From Desulfobacterales bacterium (GTDB taxonomy: Bacteria; Desulfobacterota; Desulfobulbia; Desulfobulbales; JAGXFP01), in the NCBI GenBank assembly GCA_024637225.1, contig JAGXFP010000061.1, positions 1,217-65,216 of the forward strand: 64,000 nt of DNA, read 5' to 3'. The notes under the pieces are model-generated. The model worked only from the letters and a program-made list of their open reading frames with translations. It had not been told where the DNA came from and did no database searches. Every line of letters begins with the position of its first letter. Position 1 is the first letter of the stretch. The translations under genes and the position numbers were made by a program. This document shows, piece after piece, positions 56,297-64,000 of this stretch.

Positions 56297-56721
56297 TGGA
56301 CTGGCTCAAATACGCAATCGACTACGGGATCATCGGCCTGCTGCTGCTGATGAGTTTTGTGGTGGTCAGTGTCGGGGTGGAACGCTATCTGCTCCTTAAA
56401 AAAATAAGAATCGAGGATTTTATCGACAGGAGAAGTCTGGAACTTGAATTGAGCAGCAAGATGCACCTGATCGCCACCATCGGCAGCAGCGCCCCCTATA
56501 TCGGCTTGCTGGGCACCGTTTTAGGGATCATGTTGACCTTTTACTCCATGGGCAAGAGCGGTTTCATGGATACCAACAAGATCATGGTCGGCCTGGCCCT
56601 GGCCCTGAAGGTCACCGCCGTCGGCCTCCTGGTCGCCATTCCGGCGGTCATCATCTACAACCTGCTGCTCAGGAAAATCAAGGTCCTGATCATGCAATGG
56701 GAGATCCGCGATGGACGATAG
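56296..56721 (+). CDS. exbB: MotA/TolQ/ExbB proton-channel protein
   Basis: 141 aa. ...IGSSAPYIGLLGTVLGIM... hallmark. Confidence 0.88.
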   Translation: MDWLKYAIDYGIIGLLLLMSFVVVSVGVERYLLLKKIRIEDFIDRRSLELELSSKMHLIATIGSSAPYIGLLGTVLGIMLTFYSMGKSGFMDTNKIMVGLALALKVTAVGLLVAIPAVIIYNLLLRKIKVLIMQWEIRDGR

Positions 56722-57091
56722 CGGGTTTGAATCGATAAATATCATTCCGCTGGTTGATGTGATGCTGGTGCTTTTAACCATCGTCCTGACCACCTCGACC
56801 TTTATTGCGGCCGGCGCCATCCCGCTGCAATTGCCCATGGCGGCGAACGCCACTACCGCCCCCTTAAAATCCGCAACCGTGGTGATCGACAAAGGGGGCC
56901 GGCTCTATCTGAACTCGCAATTGGCCAGCCTCGAAAAACTGGGACGGGACTTAATGGGGATCGACAGGGAAACGCCGATCCTGATTCGGGCCGACAAAGC
57001 GATCGCCCTTGAGGTTTTTGTGGAAGTGATGGATCTGGTGAAAGGCTTAGGCTTTACCAAGGTAAGCCTGCAGACCGAGGCCGCAAGATGA
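56711..57091 (+). CDS. exbD: ExbD/TolR biopolymer transport protein
   Basis: 126 aa. INIIPLVDVMLVLL TM with the conserved Asp. Confidence 0.88.
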   Translation: MDDSGFESINIIPLVDVMLVLLTIVLTTSTFIAAGAIPLQLPMAANATTAPLKSATVVIDKGGRLYLNSQLASLEKLGRDLMGIDRETPILIRADKAIALEVFVEVMDLVKGLGFTKVSLQTEAAR

Positions 57092-57837
57092 ACAACAACG
57101 TTAAGGGTCTCGGTATCTCATTGGTTTTGCATGGGGCTATCCTCTATTCGTTGTCCCTAACCACTCTGCTGCCGGTAGCCGAGATACCCAAGGTCATAGA
57201 TCTCAGTCGGGTCGAACACCTTGGCGCTCGCCACCAAGAACCTGTCAAAAGACCCCCGGCTTTGCGGGCGCCCTCCGTGCTTAAGCCGGCAGCAAAAACC
57301 CCAAGAGCTCCCATGGTTGCGAAAACCACGGTGCCGATCTTAGCTGAAGAGCCTATTGCCGAGCAAGAGCTGCCCCCGGAACCATTGAACGAGGCGCCGG
57401 TCATGGCGGAAAAGATCAGCGAGGAAGAGGTATATGAGGCCCAGGTCGCAACCTTGGCTGAAACAGAAACCACCACCGCTCCGCCCCCGGCAACGGAAAG
57501 CGCTGCCCAAGCCATAAACTCAACCAGCTCCGACCTCGCCGACGTGGGTTTAAGCAAAGGGCTCTACGTTGAGGCAAACTTTCACCACATTAAGGACAAT
57601 ATCCAAAAAGGTATCACGTATCCGCGCATTGCCCGGCAAATGGGCTGGGAAGGTAAGGTCATCGTCAGTTTTGTGGTTGGCAGGGATGGCACCGTTCAGG
57701 ACGTGCATATTGTCGAGAGTTCCGGTTTTGCCGCTCTGGACAAAAACGCCATCGCCACCATCAAAAAGGCGGCCCCCTTCCCCTGCCCGCTGGTCAGGGC
57801 TGAACTGGTGGTCCCGGTCATTTATCGGCTGGCGTGA
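57088..57837 (+). CDS. tonB: Energy transducer TonB
   Basis: N-terminal TM, Pro/Ala-rich spacer, C-terminal YPRIARQMGWEGKVIVSFVV...G.V..V.IV.SSG...LD.A. Confidence 0.88.
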   Translation: MNNNVKGLGISLVLHGAILYSLSLTTLLPVAEIPKVIDLSRVEHLGARHQEPVKRPPALRAPSVLKPAAKTPRAPMVAKTTVPILAEEPIAEQELPPEPLNEAPVMAEKISEEEVYEAQVATLAETETTTAPPPATESAAQAINSTSSDLADVGLSKGLYVEANFHHIKDNIQKGITYPRIARQMGWEGKVIVSFVVGRDGTVQDVHIVESSGFAALDKNAIATIKKAAPFPCPLVRAELVVPVIYRLA

Positions 57838-58045
57838 ATACTTGCCCGAATGGCAGTCTGTGGAGTACCTTGAGTTCCGATTGAATCCCGATGACACCCC
57901 CTCCCCCTAAACTGTCCCATGGATGATAACCTCAATCAGCATCATAGATAGAGAGGTTGCGGCATTCAGAGTTCCCGGGGCGGTTCTCCGTAAACCGGCG
58001 GCGGGGGTGAGTGCCGGGGTTGATTGCTATATTTACGGTGAGCAC

Positions 58046-58489
<444 letters not shown>

Positions 58490-58584
58490 CGTTCATCCCA
58501 TAGGCACGGGACGCCGTGCCCCTAAGTGTGTGGTGGTGGTTCGGGAATGGGTGGCCGTTGTTTATAAAGGTGGTCCTGATCCCC

Positions 58585-59673
58585 TCACGGCTCGCATGAC
58601 AGATGGCAGACCCCGGTGGGGGTTTCCCTGGCGTAAGGGAAATATTTCTTCTTGATGCGCAGGGCGACGCCGACCAGGCCGATCAGGACCGGCACCTCGA
58701 CCAGGGGTCCGATCACCGCCGCGAAGGCCACCCCGGAATCGATGCCGAAGACGGCGATGGCCACGGCGATGGCCAGCTCGAAGTTGTTGGAGGCGGCGGT
58801 AAAGGAGAGGGTGGTGGCCTGCTCGTAGGTGGCCCCGACCTTCCTCGACATGAAAAACGAGACCAGGAACATCACCAGGAAATAAATGGTCAGCGGCAGG
58901 GCGATCCGCAGCACATCCAGGGGCAGCTGGACGATGTATTCGCCCTTCAGGGAGAACATCACCAGGATGGTGAAGAGCAGGAAAACCAGGGTCAGGGGGC
59001 TCAGTTTCGGCAGCAGTTTTTCCCGATACCACGCCTCGCCCTTGCTCTTCAGGCCGATAAAGCGGGTCAGCATCCCGGCGAGGAAGGGGATGCCCAGATA
59101 GATGAAGACGCTCTCGGCGATCTGGCCCATGGAGATATCGACCAGGGCTCCTTCGATCCCCAGCCAGCCGGGCAGGATGGTCAGGAAAAACCAGGCATAG
59201 AGCGGGAAGAACAGGACCTGAAAGATCGAGTTGAAGGCGACCAGGCCGGCACAGTATTCGGTGTCGCCGGCGGCCAGGTCGTTCCAGACGATGACCATGG
59301 CGATGCAGCGGGCCAGGCCGATCAGGATCAGGCCGACCATGTAGTCGTGATGACCCGAGAGAAAGGCCACGGCCAGGCCGAACATCAGGACCGGGCCGAT
59401 CAGCCAGTTCTGGACCAGGGAGAGGGCAAGCACCTTGAAATTGCGGAAGACCTCATGGAGTTTTTCGTAGCGGACCTTGGCCAGGGGCGGATACATCATC
59501 AAAATCAGGCCGACGGCGATGGGGATATTAGTGGTCCCCACCTGGAAGGAGTTGATCAGGTCCTTGACCCCCGGCAGGAAATAACCGGCCATGACCCCGG
59601 CCAACATGGCCAGGAAGATCCACAGGGTCAGAAAGCGATCGAGGAATGAGAGTTTTTTCAGTTGGGCCGGCAT
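58585..59673 (-). CDS. acr3: ACR3-family arsenite efflux permease
   Basis: About 10 TM segments. ...[12 protein letters not shown]... motif. The ATG at 59673 leaves 34 nt after the arsR stop. Confidence 0.88.
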   Translation of the reverse strand: MPAQLKKLSFLDRFLTLWIFLAMLAGVMAGYFLPGVKDLINSFQVGTTNIPIAVGLILMMYPPLAKVRYEKLHEVFRNFKVLALSLVQNWLIGPVLMFGLAVAFLSGHHDYMVGLILIGLARCIAMVIVWNDLAAGDTEYCAGLVAFNSIFQVLFFPLYAWFFLTILPGWLGIEGALVDISMGQIAESVFIYLGIPFLAGMLTRFIGLKSKGEAWYREKLLPKLSPLTLVFLLFTILVMFSLKGEYIVQLPLDVLRIALPLTIYFLVMFLVSFFMSRKVGATYEQATTLSFTAASNNFELAIAVAIAVFGIDSGVAFAAVIGPLVEVPVLIGLVGVALRIKKKYFPYARETPTGVCHLSCEP

Positions 59674-59707
59674 GGCGTTCTCCGTTTTGCTGATTTTTCC
59701 GGAAGGT

Positions 59708-60055
59708 TTATCGACAGGCATCTTCCTTTTTGTGCATCAGGTAGGAGCGCAGCCGGTGCAGATCGGCCGCCCCCTGCCCGGTCCGGGGCAGATCGGCGGC
59801 AAGGATCTGCCGCAAGCCCTCCCGAAACTCGTCGCTTTTTTCGGCCAGCCGGTAATACATCCAGACTCCGCGCCGTTCGCCCGCCACCCAGCCGGCGTTT
59901 TTCAGGTAGGCAAGATGGCGGGAGATCGTCGACTGGGGCAGGTCGAGCACCGCCATCAGATCGCAGACGCAGCGCTCCCCGTCAAGCAGCAACGAGAGGA
60001 TGCGGAGCCGGACCGGCTCGGCAAGGGCCTTGAATAGCCGCGCGATGGATTCCAT
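59708..60055 (-). CDS. arsR: ArsR/SmtB-family metalloregulator
   Basis: 115 aa. ERCVCDL metal site within the wHTH. Confidence 0.9.
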   Translation of the reverse strand: MESIARLFKALAEPVRLRILSLLLDGERCVCDLMAVLDLPQSTISRHLAYLKNAGWVAGERRGVWMYYRLAEKSDEFREGLRQILAADLPRTGQGAADLHRLRSYLMHKKEDACR

Positions 60056-60066
60056 ACAATTCTTGT

Positions 60067-60082
60067 ATCCGCCTAGGCGGAT
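60067..60082. promoter_or_regulatory. Perfect 16-bp palindrome, candidate ArsR operator
   Basis: ATCCGCCTAGGCGGAT, 12 nt upstream of the arsR start codon. Confidence 0.5.
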
Positions 60083-60524
60083 GCGGTCAAGCAGAAATTT
60101 ATCCAGGTAACTTGCTTTTTTCCGGCGCCAACCTTAATCCGATCCCGACTTGCGATCGGCAGCTAGTAACGAATATACATTGACTTACGGGAGACGGCAC
60201 TGTAGTGTTGTTCTATCACCGTTGCAAAGTGGCCATACGGTTCTTCTGGCAATTGAATCCCTTTTTTTCCCACTTAGTTCATTTCTTTCCTACTACCAGG
60301 CTTTATGGCCTTCAGCTCAAATTACTTTGCCAATCGGCAGGGAATGATAGCTGAACCATAAAACTGTACCGTCTTGTTCCCTTCTTTTTTAGTTCGATCT
60401 ATTGCATGCCTTTATGCCTTTCAGCCGGATTAGCTGATCCAATCGGCACCATACCCTATCATCTACAAGCTGTGCCGTGTTGTGGTCCCCGACGTGGTCC
60501 GGTTGTAATTCGGAGGAAAAATAC

Positions 60525-61421
60525 ATGGAGCACAAAAGTGTTGGTCTCGGCCGCAAGAATGAACCGATAAGCACGGCCCTGCTGTTGGCTGCCGGTACCG
60601 GTAGCCGCCTTGCCCCTTTGACCGACGGGATGCCCAAATGTCTTGTGCCGGTCAATGAAATATCAATTCTCAAGAGGCTGGTCGATTCCCTCCAGGAACA
60701 CAATTTCAAACGGCTGGTGATCGTTGTCGGTCATCAGGCCGGCTGTATCCGGAAGTTTCTGGGAGCCTTCGCCGGGGGGATGGAAATCGTTTACGTCACC
60801 AGCCCCTTGTACAAAACCACCAACAATATCTATTCCTTATGGCTGACCAGGAAGTTAATCGATGAACCCTTTCTGTTGCTGGAAAGCGATCTGGTTTTCG
60901 ACTCGGAAATGCTGAAGGATATGCTGGTTCCCGACCGGATTGCCGTGGCCAAATTAAATTCCTGGATGGACGGCACCACGGTGACCATCAACAAGCAGCA
61001 GAAGATCGGAGCCTTCTACGGCAGCGACCATAAACGGGATGGTCAACATTACAAGACCGTCAATATCTACAGCCTTTCCCGCCAAAGCTGGGATCTGGTC
61101 CGGGAAAGATTGGAGCGGCGGATTGCCGCCGATAAGAAGAGCGGTTATTACGAGACGGTTTTCGCGGATCTGGTCAACGAGGGCTGTCTGTCGTTTTCGC
61201 CGGTTTTCTTTGATCCCAAACGGTGGTATGAGATTGACAATCATGCGGACCTGCGGGCGGCCGAAAGGATGTGCGCGCGCTCTTACCGCCCCCCGGTCCT
61301 GGGCGCCGGGCACCTGGCCGACAAGCACAAAGAGCGGAGTTCCCCTGCCGCCAGGCCCCTGAAAGGTCTTGACCCCTTCAACAAGGTGGCGGCGCCGGTG
61401 CCGGCCCCCCTCAACACTTAA
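60525..61421 (+). CDS. Nucleotidyltransferase (LicC / phospho-alcohol cytidylyltransferase-like)
   Basis: LLLAAGTGSRLAPLT...PKCLVPV signature. ATG at 60525. Low-complexity C-terminal tail. Confidence 0.75.
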   Translation: MEHKSVGLGRKNEPISTALLLAAGTGSRLAPLTDGMPKCLVPVNEISILKRLVDSLQEHNFKRLVIVVGHQAGCIRKFLGAFAGGMEIVYVTSPLYKTTNNIYSLWLTRKLIDEPFLLLESDLVFDSEMLKDMLVPDRIAVAKLNSWMDGTTVTINKQQKIGAFYGSDHKRDGQHYKTVNIYSLSRQSWDLVRERLERRIAADKKSGYYETVFADLVNEGCLSFSPVFFDPKRWYEIDNHADLRAAERMCARSYRPPVLGAGHLADKHKERSSPAARPLKGLDPFNKVAAPVPAPLNT

Positions 61422-61442
61422 ATTTTTATAAAGATACCGAAG

Positions 61443-62549
61443 ATGACCAAAAATCACTCCAGCGCTGAACAGCGCTACGCAGATGTTTCCGGGCAACATG
61501 GCGGCTATTGGCGGCATGATTTCATTGACCATAACTATCTCTACAACCTCTATTTCCCGCCGGAGGATTTTTTCAGCCGCCTTAGCAGGCAGATCCGTCA
61601 GCTGGTCTTAAACTATCCCGTAGGCCAGCAGGAGGTGGCCGCTCTGGTCGGCGAGCTGATCGACCAGCCGGCGGAGCGGATTGTCGTCGGCAATGGGGCG
61701 GCGGAGCTGATCAAGATTCTCGCCGGCCTGGATCGTAAATTAATTGTGCCGGTGCCCTCGTTTAATGAATACGCCAATGTGATGCCGGCCGGCAAGGTCG
61801 TTGAATTTGCCCTCGAAGCGCCTTTCTTTCAGCTGGATGTGGATAAATTCGCCGCCGCGGCCATCCGCTCCAGGGCCAGTCTGGCCGTGGTGGTCAGCCC
61901 GAACAACCCCACCTCCCTGCTGGTTCCGAAGGCGGAACTCAGGCGTTTAGCCGATAAACTGGCCGCGCACGACTGTCTGCTCATCGTTGACGAATCATTT
62001 ATCGATTTTGCCGCCAATCGGGACCGGGAAAGCCTGGAACCGGAGATTGACCGATATCCGAACCTGGCGATTTTCAAGAGCATGAGCAAGGCCTACGGCA
62101 TCTGCGGGATCAGGATCGGTTATATGCTCACCGCCAACCCCGACTTCGCGGCCAGGGTCCGGCAGGGGCTCCATATCTGGAATCTTAATGGTTTCGCCGA
62201 GGAATTCCTGCGCCTTGCCCCCCGGTACCGGCAGGCCTTCAGCGAGAGCTGCGCGCAGGTCAGGGCGGACCGCGACCATTTTTACGAGCAGCTGCAGATG
62301 ATCCCGGGCATGACCGTTTATAAGCCCGAGGCCAATTATATCTTCTGCCGGCTCCCCGATCATGCCGCCTCCGGGCCGGAGGTTACGGAGCAGCTTTTCG
62401 TGCAGGACAATATCTACATTAAACATTGCCGGGGTAAAACCATGCCGGAAGCGGACCGCTACCTGCGGATCGCCAGCCGCACCCGGCCCGAAAATACGAG
62501 GCTGGTTGCCGCCCTGGGCGAGCTTCTCGGCCGGGAGCACAGATCATGA
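61443..62549 (+). CDS. Class I/II PLP enzyme (HisC/CobD-like aminotransferase or phospho-amino-acid decarboxylase)
   Basis: 368 aa. ...SPNNPT..., DESFIDF, and the SMSKAYGICGIRIGY PLP-lysine motif. Confidence 0.8.
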   Translation: MTKNHSSAEQRYADVSGQHGGYWRHDFIDHNYLYNLYFPPEDFFSRLSRQIRQLVLNYPVGQQEVAALVGELIDQPAERIVVGNGAAELIKILAGLDRKLIVPVPSFNEYANVMPAGKVVEFALEAPFFQLDVDKFAAAAIRSRASLAVVVSPNNPTSLLVPKAELRRLADKLAAHDCLLIVDESFIDFAANRDRESLEPEIDRYPNLAIFKSMSKAYGICGIRIGYMLTANPDFAARVRQGLHIWNLNGFAEEFLRLAPRYRQAFSESCAQVRADRDHFYEQLQMIPGMTVYKPEANYIFCRLPDHAASGPEVTEQLFVQDNIYIKHCRGKTMPEADRYLRIASRTRPENTRLVAALGELLGREHRS

Positions 62550-63199
62550 CCGACCTTCATCCGAAAGATTCCCCTCCGTCGATCCTCTCTTTTGCCAAAG
62601 ACCTGCCGAACCTCTGTTCCCTGGCCGGCCTGCTCTGCGCGCTCCTCGCTATTTATTTCGCGGTCCTGGCCAACTTTCCCGCCGCGATGATCGGCCTGGT
62701 CTGGGCGATATTCTTCGACTGGAGCGACGGCATCATCGCCCGCCGTCTCGAAGGGCGAAACGCCAAACAACGGGCCTTCGGGGGCCAGCTCGATTCCCTG
62801 ATCGATATTATCAGCTTCGGCATTTGTCCGGCCCTGGTCCTGTTAAGCTACGGAAACTTCAGCCCCTGGTTTCTGCCCGGAGCCTTTCTGGTCCTGGCGG
62901 CCGGGGTGCTCCGCCTCAGTTACTACAATGTCTTCGGCCTGGTTGGCGGCTCGACTTACCGGGGCTTGGCAATCGACAACAACGGCATCATTCTGACCTT
63001 TGTCTTCCTCTTTAACACCGTGATCACCAAGGATCTTTTCACGGTTGGCCTCTACATCCTGATTGTGGGGCTGGCCGCCCTGAACGTGGCACCGATCCAT
63101 ACTCCCAAACTGACCGGGCGCTGGTATTACGTCCTGATCGCCTATACCCTCGCCCTGTCGATGATATATGGCCGGCAGTTATTGCCCGGCTTGAATTAA
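62546..63199 (+). CDS. CDP-alcohol phosphatidyltransferase family membrane protein
   Basis: DWSDGIIARR...GGQLDSLIDI, which fits D-G-x2-A-R...G-x3-D-x3-D. ATGA overlap with the previous gene. Confidence 0.85.
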   Translation: MTDLHPKDSPPSILSFAKDLPNLCSLAGLLCALLAIYFAVLANFPAAMIGLVWAIFFDWSDGIIARRLEGRNAKQRAFGGQLDSLIDIISFGICPALVLLSYGNFSPWFLPGAFLVLAAGVLRLSYYNVFGLVGGSTYRGLAIDNNGIILTFVFLFNTVITKDLFTVGLYILIVGLAALNVAPIHTPKLTGRWYYVLIAYTLALSMIYGRQLLPGLN

Positions 63200-63200
63200 G

Positions 63201-64000
63201 ATGGCGGCCTACCGACCACTCCGGGAATGCATCTCGGATAATGCCGACGAACTGGTAATCCACGGGGCGGACAGCTTCTCCCAGTTCCCCCGGCGCGACG
63301 GTTCGGTCCGTTCAAAGTGCGACCGGGCCCTGGCCGCCGCCGGCGGGGAAGATCTGGTGATTCTGCGCACCACCCTGGACCGTGATTACCATGCCTGGCT
63401 GCGCGGGTGCGGTCTGGGCTCCGGCCATATCGTCGAATATGATACCGCAAGCGCCGGGATGAGTCTCTCCGAGCTGATCATCGCCGATCCCGGCCCGGTT
63501 TTGCGGGTCATCAAGAAGCTCGGCCGGCAGCCGGTCTACGCGCCATGGTTCAGCGGCGTTCTGGAGGAAAAGGCGGCCCGGCTCCTCGGCGCCGCCCATT
63601 TCGGGACCTCCCCGGCGGTTTCCCTGAAATATAACGACAAGGGCTCGTTTAAGGCGATCTGCCGGAAACTGGCGATCCCGGTGGTTAGCGGCGATACCTT
63701 TACCTTGCAGCCCCGGGACCCGGATAATTGCCAGACAATGCGCGAGGTGGTCGAAGGTTGCCTGGCCAGCCACCAAACCGTGATTATCCGCGGCACCCTG
63801 GCCGAATCCGCCATGTCGTTATACAAGACGTCGGGTACCGACCTGGAGGGCTTGTACCGGGAAATTGCCGGCAGCGGCGAAAGGCAGGTTCTGATCGAAC
63901 CCTTTCTCGAGGTCACCTCGACCCCGAACGATCAATGGGCGATCGGGCGGGACGGCACCATCGACCACCTGGGCATGCTGGACCAGGTCTGCGAGCGAGG
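63201..64000 (+). CDS. ATP-grasp-like protein, 3'-truncated by the window end
   Basis: Not in the ORF track because no stop is reached. The frame from the ATG at 63201 stays open for 266 codons (MAAYRPLRECISDNADELVIHGA...KYNDKGSFKAICRKLAIPVV...). The layout resembles a pre-ATP-grasp/ATP-grasp enzyme. The family call is tentative. Confidence 0.5.
   Translation, partial: MAAYRPLRECISDNADELVIHGADSFSQFPRRDGSVRSKCDRALAAAGGEDLVILRTTLDRDYHAWLRGCGLGSGHIVEYDTASAGMSLSELIIADPGPVLRVIKKLGRQPVYAPWFSGVLEEKAARLLGAAHFGTSPAVSLKYNDKGSFKAICRKLAIPVVSGDTFTLQPRDPDNCQTMREVVEGCLASHQTVIIRGTLAESAMSLYKTSGTDLEGLYREIAGSGERQVLIEPFLEVTSTPNDQWAIGRDGTIDHLGMLDQVCER

Overview
This 64 kb chromosomal segment comes from a GC-rich bacterium. 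I infer an anaerobic, Desulfobacterota-like organism from the multiheme c-type cytochromes, CooT, the HgdC-type activase and the QueH/DUF309 gene content. No search tools were available, so all protein calls rest on motifs read from the supplied translations. Most of the window is housekeeping: GAF-GGDEF cyclase, two ABC exporters, hisS, aspS, trxA/trxB, nadB, nth, bamD, queH, an alanine symporter and an arsR-acr3-arsC operon.

Four regions stand out:
1. A visibly AT-rich island of about 10.5 kb (about 7250-17870). It carries a complete type II CBASS operon (capV, CD-NTase, cap2, cap3), a DUF2188 gene, an orphan RloA/RloB (AbiL-like) ATPase/Toprim pair, a truncated IS30 transposase and three type II toxin-antitoxin modules. 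A short TTCCGGGAC-type motif, or longer IS30-end remnants, sits at every module junction.
2. A 745-aa protein of unknown function (39992-42229), bracketed by two ~740-bp direct repeats that each encode an RHH/ParE module.
3. An eleven-gene, tightly coupled TonB-dependent uptake operon (48006-57837). It lacks an ABC importer. Instead it contains a thioredoxin/CcdA pair, a DUF4198 protein, a NapH-like membrane polyferredoxin, a single-subunit HGD-D (double-cubane-like) protein with its ATP-dependent activase, and a DsbD_2-type membrane protein. I rate this the best candidate for an undescribed system.
4. A cytidylyltransferase / CobD-like PLP enzyme / CDP-alcohol phosphatidyltransferase / ATP-grasp cluster at the right edge.

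Several structured intergenic repeat families (84-bp and 140-bp tandem units, hairpin or MITE-like elements) and an unusual 409-bp convergent overlap of aspS with a HEAT-repeat gene are also recorded. No rRNA, tRNA or CRISPR array was seen.
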